This document shows, piece by piece, positions 41,865 to 54,300 of a stretch of 64,000 bases of DNA (within the stretch, counting starts at the first letter, position 1; the number at the start of each line of letters is the position of its first letter). The DNA is taken from the IMG/VR virus record IMGVR_UViG_2061766007_000582. One strand, written 5' to 3'. A program made the position numbers and the translations under genes. Source of the DNA: an uncultured virus (IMG/VR IMGVR_UViG_2061766007_000582) (Duplodnaviria; Heunggongvirae; Uroviricota; Caudoviricetes). Under the pieces are notes generated by a model. The model did not search any database, was not told the DNA's origin, and worked only from the letters and a program-made list of their open reading frames with translations.

Positions 41865-41887
41865 TATTTACCATATACGCACTACAA
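41865..41887. repeat. second copy of the 23-bp inverted-repeat core
   Basis: TATTTACCATATACGCACTACAA. Confidence 0.9.
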
Positions 41888-42099
41888 GTCACAACCTACT
41901 CATTCTCAGCTACTTACAAAAACACCCTCAATTCCTGCTTATTTTACCTATTTACATTGATTTATGAGCAGGTTTTAGACGCATAGATATTACCGTTCGG
42001 GCATATTTTCGGTTTTCATTCGGTAAAATTTCAAAAATATTACCGTTCGGGAATAAAAAATAAAAATCGAAAAAAGTTATAAATATGTTACTTTTTTGC

Positions 42100-42127
42100 T
42101 TGACTATTTGGTTATTGGTGTTATAAT
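42100..42127 (+). promoter_or_regulatory. rightward promoter of the packaging operon (TTGACT-N16-TATAAT)
   Basis: TTGACTATTTGGTTATTGGTGTTATAAT. Confidence 0.7.
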
Positions 42128-42153
42128 ATGTGTTGACTTACTATAGGAGGACT

Positions 42154-42507
42154 ATGCAAAACATACCAATCGAGTTGAACAGACACTATAGGCATGATGA
42201 GATTTCCATACAGTGTGGCGAATCTGCATACACTTTGGCGTTAGAAAACCAAGATGACATTCGCAGACGATTTGTTCGTAATGAAAACGTCCACTGGTAT
42301 GTAACTGCAAAGCGTCGTGGGAAAACTACATTGAGTTATATCGTTGTTCATAAGAAAGACATAACAACTTCTCAGAATGCGGCAAAGCGTACTATCTTTA
42401 TGAGTTATGAAGAAGCACGTGAAATTGCCAACGAACTTATGCACTCTGAAATGTTTTATGCGGTAAATATTGTCGAATGCTATGACAGGGTGGGTGTATG
42501 CCTCTAA
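42154..42507 (+). CDS. hypothetical protein upstream of terL
   Basis: GGAGG RBS, MQNIPIEL start. Confidence 0.6.
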   Translation: MQNIPIELNRHYRHDEISIQCGESAYTLALENQDDIRRRFVRNENVHWYVTAKRRGKTTLSYIVVHKKDITTSQNAAKRTIFMSYEEAREIANELMHSEMFYAVNIVECYDRVGVCL

Positions 42508-43755
42508 AACTGACAGAAAAACAAAAATATGGCATGAAATTGCTGAATGACCCGAAATANNNNNNNNNNNNNNNNNNNNNNNNNNNNNNNNNNNNNNGAA
42601 TTTCTGATGCAGAGAGCATTTCAGTTCCCCGGTTCAAGACAGTTGATATGCCGTAGAGCTTTAGTTGATGCAAGACGAGCCATTTGGGAAGACACCTTGA
42701 AGAAATACTTGACGGACCAGATACCGGAATCAGAATATACTTTAATGAAATCTGAAATGAGAGTGGTATTCAAAAATGGGTCTACAATAGAATTGGGTGG
42801 TTTGGATGGTGAAGACCAGTTGCAGAAAATCCTTGGTACTGAGTATCTTACAATATGGCTGAACGAAGCTACTGAAATGCGGTTTGAGGCTGTTACGATT
42901 CTGATTACTCGTCTGGCTCAATCCGTAAAGGACACCACAGGGACGTTTACAGGGATAAATAAGCTGATTGCTGACGCTAACCCCTCCTCCCCTCGTAATT
43001 GGGTCAAAAAGTGGTTTATTGACAACGTAGACCCCACCACAAGACCGCCAAAGAAGCTGAAAGACGCGGATAAGTTCGTTCACCTGCATTTTACCCCTTA
43101 CGATAACGCTGAAAACCTGCCTCCGGGATATATTGAACAGCTTGACGCGCTTCCTTACGAGATGCGGGAAAGAATGCTCAAAGGTAACTGGATTGGCGGT
43201 GAAGGTCAGATTTTCAAGGAGTTCAATGCGGANNNNNNNNNNTCATGGGAAAGGGTGAGGGCTATTGACTTTGGCTATAATCACCCTTGCGCCATTTTAT
43301 ATACGGCTTACGATTATTCAACAGATACTATATATGTATATGATGAATATAAGGAATCCGGCAAGACGATTGATGAGATTGCAAACTACATGAACAGCGT
43401 GGAGCAGAAGAGGCACGAGTTCTATGATTGCACTTGGTCTGACCATGACAAATCCGACCGCGCTTTCTTGGCAAAACATGATATTGTAACAAGGGCGGCT
43501 AAAAAGTCTGTTCTGGACGGTATTAATGCGGTACGTCAGCGTCTTTCTGAGATAAGCCCCAAGACACACAAACCTAAACTGCTCATATTCAACAACTTAG
43601 ATGCCTTGATTGACGAAATGTATAGTTATGAATGGCATCAGTCCGAATCAGAAGTAATGGATAAGGACGCACCAGTCAAAATCAATGACGACCTTGTTGA
43701 TACATTGAGATATATTGTTTATGGTAGAGATAAAGACAACGGAATTTCATTATAA
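42498..43755 (+). CDS. terminase large subunit (PBSX-like); Walker A region lost in N gap
   Basis: MPLKLTEKQ Q-motif, IWLNEA Walker B, DANP coupling motif, RAIDFGYNHP nuclease, NDDLVDTLRY. Confidence 0.92.
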
Positions 43756-43766
43756 GGAATTTGAAT

Positions 43767-45395
43767 ATGGATAGCACAATTACTGTAAACACATCCACTG
43801 ACGCACAGACCCCGAACGAGCGAATCTTCAATCGGGTCAATGCCTATTATCTTGCAACAAAAAATACTTGGCGAAAAGCTCTGAAGGCATATAACGGCGG
43901 CAAGGGTTATTTGAAGGAAACGCTCAGGAAACATCCATCCGAAACAGATGAAGAGTTTCAGGAGCGTGTGGACAACTCTTATAATATCAACCTAATCAAA
44001 TACAGCGTCAAGGAGTTCGGCAATTACATTTTCTCCAAGACACCGCGAAGAAACAACGCGGATGAGGAAATTGTAAATGACTTTGACCGCCAACAGAAGC
44101 AGGTGAACGAAGTTATGTGGAATCTGTTTCTGTATCATAACCTTTGCGGTCTCACTTGGGCTTTGGTTGATATGCCGCAATTCAGGGGCAACGAGATTGA
44201 CATAAAGACCAAACAGGAGCAGAAGATTCGTCCGTGGTGCAAGGTACTTTCTCCGCTTGCCGTTCCTGACTGGTGTTTTGATAAGTTCGGCAACCTTGAA
44301 TGGGTTATTATTGAGGAGTTCGTTGTTGAGAAGGACAATCCGTTTGCGGAACCTAAACTCATAAAGAAACGCACCCTCTATACGAAGACCTACTATCAGG
44401 TGTTCTCCGCTATTATTGCCAGCCCGACCGCATCTGTAAAAAACAATGAGATTCGGGTAGGCAGAAAGATTAGGAACACTATTGGTGTGGTTCCTGTCAT
44501 TCCATATAGCGACCTTCTGTTTGATAAGGACTTCAATACTCCTGAGATTGCTGATATTCTTACGATTTATGATGCGATTCTGGCAGGTGAATCCGAGCTT
44601 CTCACCAATATCCTGAAGCAGACATACGGACAGCTTGTACTTCCCATGTCTTCGCACTCTATGGTAAGTAAAGTCAAGGCTCGTCTGTCTGAGGCTGGAA
44701 TCGACCCAAATTCTCCGGCTACCACAGCAATCATAACTCAGGAAATCGGTATGGAGCTGTCTCGTACAAAGGCAATCTACGAAGACGAGGGTGAGAAACA
44801 GATTGCCCGGTACATCCAACCTGCCGGAGCTACCACGGAATCCATTATCAACCACAATGACCGTCTGCTTGCTCTTACAATGAAGATTACAGGCTTCCTT
44901 GTCGGTGTATCAACTACACAGCGCGAATCGGCAGACAGTAAGGCGGTGGATAATGCTTCTCTTGCCGCACAGCTCATACGTATTGCAAGCCGACTTGAGG
45001 AGCTTGAACTGAATATTTGGAAGCTGTTCAATATGTTTGACCCATCTATTCAGGTCCCGAAGGTTGTTTACAGCAAGGACTATGATATTCACGAGTTTAA
45101 GGCTGTTATTGCTGGTATTGTTGAGCTTGCCAATGTTAATGGCGGCGATAACTTCAAACAACAGGTACTCAGGACTGCGGTTCATGCTATGGATAGTATT
45201 CATCGGATTCCTGACGAAACATACGAACAGATTATGGATGATATTGAAAATGGCAAAACATCCGCACTTCCTCCCACTTTTTCCGGTAAGGCAGATTACA
45301 TTTCAGACACCTCCGGGAGTAGACCTGACAGCGTAAGAGCCAAGACGGATTATGACGGCTCGAACGAAAAAATAGGAAAAACTGAAAAAATTTAA
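43767..45395 (+). CDS. portal protein
   Basis: About 540 aa directly after terL; GLTWALVD, RNTIGVVPVIP. Confidence 0.8.
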   Translation: MDSTITVNTSTDAQTPNERIFNRVNAYYLATKNTWRKALKAYNGGKGYLKETLRKHPSETDEEFQERVDNSYNINLIKYSVKEFGNYIFSKTPRRNNADEEIVNDFDRQQKQVNEVMWNLFLYHNLCGLTWALVDMPQFRGNEIDIKTKQEQKIRPWCKVLSPLAVPDWCFDKFGNLEWVIIEEFVVEKDNPFAEPKLIKKRTLYTKTYYQVFSAIIASPTASVKNNEIRVGRKIRNTIGVVPVIPYSDLLFDKDFNTPEIADILTIYDAILAGESELLTNILKQTYGQLVLPMSSHSMVSKVKARLSEAGIDPNSPATTAIITQEIGMELSRTKAIYEDEGEKQIARYIQPAGATTESIINHNDRLLALTMKITGFLVGVSTTQRESADSKAVDNASLAAQLIRIASRLEELELNIWKLFNMFDPSIQVPKVVYSKDYDIHEFKAVIAGIVELANVNGGDNFKQQVLRTAVHAMDSIHRIPDETYEQIMDDIENGKTSALPPTFSGKADYISDTSGSRPDSVRAKTDYDGSNEKIGKTEKI

Positions 45396-45398
45396 TAC

Positions 45399-45443
45399 TT
45401 ATGTTGCAGATTTACTTGCAATATACTCACTTTCCACTATATT
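45399..45443 (+). promoter_or_regulatory. late promoter with conserved upstream box TTATGTTGCAGAT
   Basis: Same 13-mer 4 nt upstream of a TTG -35 at 45399, 49793 and 58852. Confidence 0.7.
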
Positions 45444-45500
45444 ATGTACCAGCAGACTAAACTGCGATAACAAATGATAACACAACATAGAGGATTCACA

Positions 45501-46133
45501 ATGACTTACGAAGAACTGTCCGCAAAACTCAAAAAAGGAGAACCTCTGACAGAAGAGGAGTTCAAAGAGTTCGGGAAAGTTACACGCCCGACTGAACGCT
45601 TCAATGAGGTCTCCGCAGAAAAACAGAAACTCAACGACCAGATTAAGGAGCTGAACACACAGATTGAAACTCTCAATGCTGAAAAGCTCAAGCTCACTCA
45701 GCAGAATGATGATGCTTTCAATGCCAAGCTCTCCGAAATCACTGGCGCACTTGAGACGCTGAAAGGAGAAAATGAAAACCTGAAGAATGCGAATCAGAAA
45801 TACGAGCGTCTTCAGAAGGTCAGTCAGATTGCCAACACAACCTGCAAGACCGTGGCAAATGCTACGTTCAAGGATGCTGACTATCTTTCTGTTCTCCTTG
45901 AAAGAAAAGGGGTGGACCTTACAAAAGAGGAGGATGTCAAAAAGGCTATTCTCGAAATCAAAGAGGAAAAGCCAGAACAGTTTGTCGTTACAGTCAATTC
46001 CGGCTCTGGTGCAGGTGGAGAACCTAATAATCAGGGTTCGGGTGAAAAACCTGAGTTCAAAACACAAGAAGAACGAGTTGATTTCATAGCTAAACACGGC
46101 TTTGAAGAATATAAGAAACTTAAAGGAGATTGA
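45501..46133 (+). CDS. capsid scaffolding protein
   Basis: Coiled-coil with acidic/Gly-rich C-terminus, between portal and capsid genes. Confidence 0.8.
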   Translation: MTYEELSAKLKKGEPLTEEEFKEFGKVTRPTERFNEVSAEKQKLNDQIKELNTQIETLNAEKLKLTQQNDDAFNAKLSEITGALETLKGENENLKNANQKYERLQKVSQIANTTCKTVANATFKDADYLSVLLERKGVDLTKEEDVKKAILEIKEEKPEQFVVTVNSGSGAGGEPNNQGSGEKPEFKTQEERVDFIAKHGFEEYKKLKGD

Positions 46134-46135
46134 TT

Positions 46136-47206
46136 ATGGCTATCACACTTCTTTCCGACCTTCTTCCGTATGCGAATCAGTTCCGTGAAGGTTACATTGA
46201 TTCGATGGTTGAGGCTTCTCGCCTTTTCAACGAAGGCTCCAATGGCGCAATCCGCTTTACCGATTCTGATGCTAAGGGTACTCTGACCAAGACTGCCTAC
46301 TTCAAGGACTTCGGTACTGTCAGTCGGCGCGACATCACTTCTACTTCCGACCAGACCCCGGAAAAGATTGAACGTGCTGAACACACCATGTTCCGCACCT
46401 ACTTCAAGCTGAATGCCATTGAATGGCAAGATGAGGCTTTCTGGACCTCTGACCGTATGCAACAGGACGCCATCATGTATATGATTGGCGGTCAGCTTGC
46501 CAAGAAGAAGATGCAGGAATCCATCAAACAGGCTATCAACATCGCCTCTACCGCGATTGTTTCTGGTGATGGTTCTACGCATAAGACCGTTCTTGACCTG
46601 ACCTCCCCCAAGCAAAACTTCCTTCAGGCGCAGGTCAACCTTGCGCGTATGAAGTTTGGTGCTGAGTATGGTCGCCTCAAGATTATGGTCATGCATTCCA
46701 GTGTGTTCTTCGCTCTGGTTCAGAATCAAACCCTCAACTACATGTATGACCTCGGCGGCGGCGTTACGCTCTACGGTGGCATCCCTGCTACTATGGGTAT
46801 GCCATTCATCGTGTCCGACCAGCCGTCTCTCATCTATACAAGCGGTGATGACGTCTTCTACAAGACCCTGCTTCTGACTGATTCCGCCATTACTCTGGCT
46901 GACGCTGGTCCTATCCGCGCCAACCTTCAGACCGTTGGCGGCAAGGAAAACATTTCCCATCTGTATCAGGCTGAATGGTCTATGTGGAACAATGTCAAGG
47001 GCTATCAGCTCAAGGCTGCGGCTAACCCGGACCAGAACCCATCTGACAGCACTCTGACCACCTCCTCGAATTGGGAGCAGTGGGTGGCTGATACCAAGAA
47101 TACCGCTGGTGTTCTTGTTAAGTCCATCGCTGACCCGGCTTCCATCCAGCAGGTCATTAACGTGCGTTACGTTTCTGATGATGCTGGTTCCGGCTCCGGC
47201 TCCTAA
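46136..47206 (+). CDS. major capsid protein
   Basis: About 356 aa after the scaffold; LFNEGSNGAI, MVMHS, MGMPFIVSD, W..NVKGY, NWEQ. Confidence 0.85.
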   Translation: MAITLLSDLLPYANQFREGYIDSMVEASRLFNEGSNGAIRFTDSDAKGTLTKTAYFKDFGTVSRRDITSTSDQTPEKIERAEHTMFRTYFKLNAIEWQDEAFWTSDRMQQDAIMYMIGGQLAKKKMQESIKQAINIASTAIVSGDGSTHKTVLDLTSPKQNFLQAQVNLARMKFGAEYGRLKIMVMHSSVFFALVQNQTLNYMYDLGGGVTLYGGIPATMGMPFIVSDQPSLIYTSGDDVFYKTLLLTDSAITLADAGPIRANLQTVGGKENISHLYQAEWSMWNNVKGYQLKAAANPDQNPSDSTLTTSSNWEQWVADTKNTAGVLVKSIADPASIQQVINVRYVSDDAGSGSGS

Positions 47207-47218
47207 TCGGAACTGATT

Positions 47219-47262
47219 GTGGGTGGTGTGGGACCTTGAAATCCCACACCATCTACATTTCA
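47219..47262 (+). terminator. hairpin terminator after the capsid gene
   Basis: GGTGTGGGA...TCCCACACC. Confidence 0.6.
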
Positions 47263-47274
47263 TAAGGAATTGAC

Positions 47275-49916
47275 ATGAAGTTTAGTATACCAACTATTCT
47301 GTACGACCCGGAAACATTCCCACAAGCACAAATCTACGCAGAAGTATGGGGTATCTACGCAAAAGATTTATCCTCATTGTTAAAATGGAATAGCATTAAG
47401 CCAGAGCATTTTGATTACGGTGATATTTACTTCGCTGTACGAAATGACAAATACAAACAAATTGAAGATGAACATAAGAAGTATTTTCACTGCGAGTACC
47501 TTGAAGACTTACCGGATTATAGGGGTTGCGATAGATACAAAAAGTATGCAGAATTAGTGAAAGCTGGACTTCATGTTTTTGAGGACATGAGGAAGATGCT
47601 TGCAGACAGGGCTTACCAGAAAGAAGTAGCTGACCGGGAAAAGAATGGTGAGTATCTTGACGAAAAGCCAGATGAAAAGCTATCTCCGAAGGTCAAGAAA
47701 TCGTTGAAGAAGAGAGGGTTACATGCTTAACACAGTTGAAATGGCGGATTCGTACTTTGCCTCTAATTTCTTCTACAAGGACACATGGGCTGGTATTGAA
47801 CTGGAAGATAAGAAGTCGCTCATTGAGACAGCAGAGAGAGACGTCAACGCTTATTTGATGGCTCAGGATGTTGACATTAATGTTGTATATAATACCTTTT
47901 TAAGCAGTAAGAAGACAAGTGAACTGACATTCTGGGTCTGCGGTAATCAGGCTATCTATTACAAGGATAATGTAACTTCTTGGGACACACCAACAGCCAC
48001 ATTGGGTCATTTCAAACCTACGTGTTACCAGTGTGCGGTGTTCGAGTGGGCTATCTTTATTTTCATGCACAAGGACGCTATTTTGAGGGCGTTTGATGAT
48101 ATTGGACGTGATGCTACAAGCGTTAAGGTGGACAACATTGGTGCTGAGACTTATTGGACACGTAGAACTGACGGTTTGCAGTCTGATAAGTATATGCAGA
48201 TTTTCAAGAAATCCCCTGCTATGCGCTTTTTAGATATGATACCAAAGAACATAAGGATTATACGCTGATGTTTGAAGTTCTGAAAGAGCCTCGGAATCGA
48301 ATGATAATCCGAGAGTGCGTTTATGATAGAGACGGTGATTTTGTTTGCAGTTTCGATATTGGTGAGTGTTACGGAATCTTTACGAAACGAGAAGCCGCTG
48401 ATATTGAGGCAGATACGGCAAATAGAAACGCGAATGAATCTGTCGGCGTGTTCTATAAATACTTTGGTGTTCAGGAAAAGGTGGTTGATAAGAAGACCTA
48501 TACCTCTACATTTGATGAGCCTTTTGTTACGACTGGCGAAAGAACCTGCGTTGCAATATGGAGAGGTAAGGCTTACACAATCACAAAGGTTGGTTACAGT
48601 TACGATGTTCACGGAAACTTTGTGGGCTTCAAGCTGTGGAGCAGTAATGAGAATGTGAAGTTCTATTGAGGTTTATATGGCTTACGATTGGTCTGCATCA
48701 CGCGCACCAGATGCGTTCACTAAGAATTACAGTGCTACACATCCTTTTGTCTCTGAAACGGACTTTGGTGCGGCTGTATCTGGGCTGAATCACAATTTAG
48801 CCAAGAAGACCAACAGCCTTCTTCATTCCATAAAATATAAAGGAATGACAATAAACCTGAATTTTACACAGAGGGGATTGACACCTACGGATTTAGCTCG
48901 GCTTGGTTATGCTTCCCTTATGCGCTACGTTATGGTGCTTGCAAATAGAATGGTTGAGGTAGCGCGTTGCATCACACCTGAGTTCAAATATGACGGTTCA
49001 AATCCAAACTCCCTTTCCAACAGCATACGGTACGTTTTAGGCACTACAAAAAATCAGGCTACATTTACGATTGGTGTTGACGCTGATAACTGGAAGTCTG
49101 ATTATGATGAGGCGTTCAAGGAAGCGTACCACACCAACGTGATTCCGTGGGGTTCGATGGCTGATAAAAACCTGCTTCTTTACAGATTACATGAGTGGTG
49201 GGGCGAATCNNNNNNNNNNNNNNNNNNNNNNNNNNNNNNNNNNNNNNNNNNNNNNNNNNNNNNNNNNNNNNNNAAACCAGTGCCATGTCAAGCAACGCTT
49301 ATGGTATGCCTGTTGGTGGCAAGTTTCTGTATAGGGCTGTTCAGGCTGTCTGGACTAAAGATGCTCACAGGGATAGCCTACAGAAAGTTGTGTTCAGCAG
49401 TATGTTCAAGGAAGAGCTTGGCACTTCGGTTCTCGGTACATTCGGTAATTTCGGTATGTTCTCAGGCAAAGATGCGTTCAAGCCGGAGACACTCACAAAC
49501 GTTATTTCTCACATACACTTGAAGGATTGGCTATGAGTAACAGACTGAAAGCTATTGAAGACCTTATGTGCGATAAACTTGACGCACTCTTTAATGATTC
49601 TGTCAAACTTCAGAAAGAATTTGACGCTTCTAAAGAGTGCAGAGCTATTCGCATCGGTGCTGTCACTGACCCACCAGATGACCAGCATACCATGTTCAAA
49701 GGTAGAATCGACTATACCGCTTGTCGCACAAAACGAAGCGAAGCGATAGCGGATATGGATAAAATACAAAAAAATTTCAACATTTATAATACTTATGTTG
49801 CAGATGGACTTGTAATTTCAGTGGTTCTGGTATATATTACATCTCCAATGAGAACAACTGTGGATTCTCATTACGGATGGACTTATACAGCGACTTTTGA
49901 AGTTACTACTACATAA
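47275..49916 (+). CDS. head-tail joining/neck genes (47275-47730, 47723-48268, 48268-48669, 48677-49536 with gap, 49533-49916)
   Basis: Size and position between capsid and tail tube genes; 47723 starts TVEMADSYF like head-tail adaptors. Confidence 0.6.
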
Positions 49917-49929
49917 AGGAGATATTAAA

Positions 49930-50418
49930 ATGAGCAGACCTTCTTCCTTCACACCGAACCCAAACAAAATCAAAATGGGTCCTGCTATCGTGGTTTACGA
50001 TAGCGCACAGCTCGGCTACACTATGAATGATAGTGTCAGCATCAATCTTACTCAGGAAACCACTCCGATTCAGCCTGACCAAGCCTCTGTGCCTATCGCT
50101 GACCGTGTTACTGGTATGGAATGTACTGTTGACATGGAACTTGGCGATACCAGCAAGGACATTATCAAGCTGATTCCCGGCGGTGACGAAACTGGCGTGA
50201 AAGACCCGACTGGCATTGACATGCTTGCCACAGGTAAGGTTCTTGAGATTTATCCTCTTGACACCAATGATGACCGCGTTTTCATTTTCCAGAAGGCTAC
50301 ACCTATTCTGAATGGTGCAATCAACTTTGCTCGTGAAACGCCGTCTGCCCTTCCGCTTCAGTTCAAGTGCTACGTTGCCTCCGCTGGCGAGTACATTATG
50401 AAGTTCACGGAATCCTAA
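49930..50418 (+). CDS. major tail tube protein
   Basis: IKMGPAIV...LGYT; position before chaperone and tape measure genes. Confidence 0.75.
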   Translation: MSRPSSFTPNPNKIKMGPAIVVYDSAQLGYTMNDSVSINLTQETTPIQPDQASVPIADRVTGMECTVDMELGDTSKDIIKLIPGGDETGVKDPTGIDMLATGKVLEIYPLDTNDDRVFIFQKATPILNGAINFARETPSALPLQFKCYVASAGEYIMKFTES

Positions 50419-50450
50419 TCTCATAACTCAAATAAAGAGGTACATTATAC

Positions 50451-51319
50451 ATGAGTGAAGAAGTTGTCGGTATTGACTTTGAGGCTCTTAACACCTTCCG
50501 CGAAAATGTGGAGGCTAAACTGCCAAATGGTACAATGGTGAAACTGCCGCTTATCACCCTGCGTGATGCGGCTACTGCGAACATTTACCTGCGTAAGTTT
50601 GACCTCCTCCGGACTAAGTATTCGCTCGAAGCAACCAAACTCATGGAGCTTGGTGAAGGGGCGAAGGAACAGGGTGAGGTGGAAGACAATGAAGCCAACA
50701 TCAAACTGCTTTCCAAGGCTACTGACGCGGCTATGGAGGCTATCAATCGTTCTAAGGAGCTGATTGATGCTACCAATGCCCTGATTGACGAGGTTCTTGT
50801 TTTCATTGAGCCTTACGTCAGCGATATTCAGGTTGATGAAAATACTGGATTCATCGGTTTCCTTCGTCAGTCCGAGCCAACCTTCACGATTCGCGTCTTG
50901 CAGTGTATGATGTACGGTAAAGCCGCTATTGCTGACGAGGCAGAGGATTCCGAGGCTAAAGAGGAAGACGCAGATGAAAAAAAAATGACGGAGTAGTACC
51001 CGAATTTCTTGACGCTGAGTACATGTGCATCGTCATAATGAGGGTCTTTTCCGCCTACACAATGAATCTGCTACTGGAACTGCCTTTCTGTCATGTATTG
51101 GCTTTATACCACATGGCAGAAAAGGCAGTATCTTTATTTAGGTTTGACATTTTAATTGGCAACGCTTCTCTGCATGATGAACAGATGGCAAAAGGGTTAC
51201 AGAGAGTTGCCAAGACTGCTACAATAGCTGACCGCCAGAAGATGAAGGAATTGACATCTAAACGGAATAGAGAGGCAATCATGAAGAGAGCCAGAGAGAA
51301 GAGGTTAGTCCATGCCTAA
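50451..51319 (+). CDS. tail assembly chaperones with programmed -1 frameshift (50451-50996 extended into 51023-51319)
   Basis: A9 slippery run at 50977-50985; the -1 frame is open into the downstream ORF; directly upstream of TMP. Confidence 0.8.
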
Positions 51320-54300
51320 TATTCTTGACCTGTCTGCGCGTTTAAGTGCTGACGTTAGACCTTTTGTAAATTCTATGGCGTCTGGGGCTAATGCGTCCCA
51401 TACGACATTTCAGAATATAGCGCAAGCCGCAACAATGTACCTTGGGGCGCGTGGTCTCTTAGGTACGCTTAATCGTGCAAACCAAGCCTCAATGGAGTTT
51501 GGTCAGAGCTTGGCTGACGCATCCGCAATCTCTACACTCAGTGTGAAAGAGATTGGGGACGCTCTTATGTCTCTGGATAACGTCTTCGGTCGTGTTTCCA
51601 AGGCGTCTCAGTCCATGTACCGCATCCTTTCGTCCGGCTTTAGTCAACTGGATGCAAGTCAGTTGGTGCAGTTTCAGAAAGCAGTTGGTATTTCTGCTAA
51701 GGTTATTCGTGCTGACCTGTATAACACAGCAGACGTTATGACAACTATCGCCAATGCTTACCAACTGAATATCAAGGAAATAGAAAAATTACAGGACTGG
51801 TTCTACATTACAGTCCGTGAAGGTAAGGCTCAGGGTCAGGATTTGGCTCGTACCCTCGGTCTTGTCATTAACAGTGCGTCCGAGGCTGGTGTGTCCCTGA
51901 ATGAGTTAGGTGCGGCTATTGCTGTGCTTTCTCGTACTCAGTCTGTTTCGCAGTCCATGATTGGCTTGAACCAGATGCTCAACGCCTTCATCAAACCGAC
52001 CCTTCAAGCCCAAGCCGCCGCACGTAAATGGGGTATCGAAATCAGTGCTACGGCGTTACAGGAAAAAGGTCTTACCAACATCCTGACAGAACTGAATCAG
52101 AAGGTTGGCGGTAATGTTGAAGCACTTGAAAAGATGTTCGGTAACATTCGTGCCGGACGCGCTATCCTTTCTCTTACTGGTAAGCAGTTCCATAACTACC
52201 TGAACGTTCTGAATGAGTATAATATCGGTTCTGGTGCTGGTATGGAGGCATTCGAGAAGCAGATTGATACTGTTCAGAACGCTTATGAGAGATTACAGGC
52301 ACAACATGAAAAAACCATGATTCAGATTGGTGATGATTGGTCTGGTTTCCGTAAAATTATGTATCGTGCCGGAGAAGCTCTTTCCAAGGCGTTCTCTGAT
52401 ACAAGCTCTTTTAGCCGTTGGGTTATTTATATAAACGGCATTAATCTGGCTGTGAAGAACATCGTTGCAGTCGTTAAGACCCTGCAAACATCTGTCGAGA
52501 GGGTTACACACTCCACAAATCAGATGGCACTTGCTTTTGCTAAGGCTTCTGTTGCTTCTGGCGGTCTTGGCATCTACAGTGGGGTTAGACCAGATACCCT
52601 TGCATTACGTAAACAGGTTGACACTGCAATTCGCACAGTTACAGGAAAGCAGTCTACACTCTACGCAACGTATGACACAATTATGCGTCAGGCAAATCCG
52701 TGGGGTTTTACAGGCAAATCTACCAATGGGATTAATCCAAAATATAATCCATATGCCTTTATTGCAAGGAACACACTGAGTAGAGAGAACCCGGAGCATG
52801 TTGCCAAGGCAGGTGCTATGGCGGCTAAAGCTATGGGCAATTACTTCATCAAGTACAAGCCTAAAGTTGACCCAACTACAGGGCAGATTACAGATTGGTA
52901 TGTTAAAAATGCTGAGACTGGTTTCATTTACAAACGTACTTGGAATCAGCTTCAGAGCAACATGACCAATAGTATTCTCATACAAAACGAGAAAGCGATG
53001 CAGGCGGCAAGAACGAAGATTGCTGATGCTATTCGTATTATCGGTGGTGCAAAGGGTACGGAGAATCAGATTTTACAGGATGCAACTGACCGTGTTAATG
53101 CATTCTACGGTAGTCGCAGAGGGTATCGTTATGGTACTATCTCTAAAATGACTTCCGGTGAGCGTCTTATGCGAATGAAAAATATTTCCCCACTTAGTTT
53201 TAGGGGTCAGTTTGGTATCGGTATGTCTAACTTTGGCAAAGGTTGGAATACTTTTACTACAACCCTTGGTACAAGCATGGGCAAAATATTCACAGCGGTC
53301 GCAACGGCTGGTATGGCTGTTTCTGTTGGTGAGTGGGGTTACAAGTTTGGTAAGAACCTAAGCGAACAAATGGAGCTTTCCGAAACCACCTATTTCAGAC
53401 GCCTTGGTGGTTGGCTTGCGAATGTTCTAAATGGCGGTAGGCTTCAATACATAGATTCTAAAGATGCTGAACGTGCTGGGTTGGAGGCTCAGTTACATGT
53501 GACACAGGGTCGTTACAGCCAATCGCTGAAACGTGCGCGTACCGCTGGCATGGATGAAAGTAAGATAGCTGAATACCAACTGAATTTTATGAAGATTCTG
53601 TCTGAGGATGATAATTTGGTAAGCGCAACAGAAAAGCTCCTCGAACTTGTTAATAATTTTACCAATCAGATTGACCAGCTTAACAGCAAGGTTGAACGTG
53701 CCAATAAGTTTGAAAAGGAGCGTCAGGAAATCCTTGGAAGTTATGGTGAAAAGCGCATCTCTGATGTGATTACGCAACAGCAGAAGGTAAATATTATGCG
53801 TGGCGTTACAGATTTTGGCAGACTGAATAAAGATGCTGAGGCTGTGAGGCTTGCGCGTAAGGTATTTGATGCTGGCGGCAATCCCTACGCTATGGATGAG
53901 GCAATCCGAGACCTTCGTGTTGAGGGTTATTCTGAGGCATTTGGTGAGGTTGAGTATGCGAATGCCGCACAACGTGAGGCAGACTTCCGAGCTGTTTATA
54001 ACAATCTTCTGAAAAATGCTGTTGTAAACGATATTATCGGCGGTAATCTTAGCTTGTCCGATATTAGAAACAGACTTGGACAGCTAACTGACGAACATAG
54101 CGGTGCTTTACGTGACGCTCCAACATGGTTTAAGGATGGCAAACTGTATAACACAGGCGTTGAGGGTAGTCATATGCTCGGCACTGGGTTCTTACAGGAC
54201 ATTCTTGCGCTGTTTGAAGCTAATCCGAATGATTTTGAAGAAGCAAAGAAGCAGATAATGAATGATGTGGTCAGACCTTACGCGGCAAACATCTTCACTG

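Noticed and set aside
41865..41887. Reading the 23-bp repeat as a T7-type RNA polymerase promoter
   Set aside because: The resemblance is superficial. The adjacent polymerase-like protein is less than half the size of T7 RNAP, and late genes have sigma70-type promoters.
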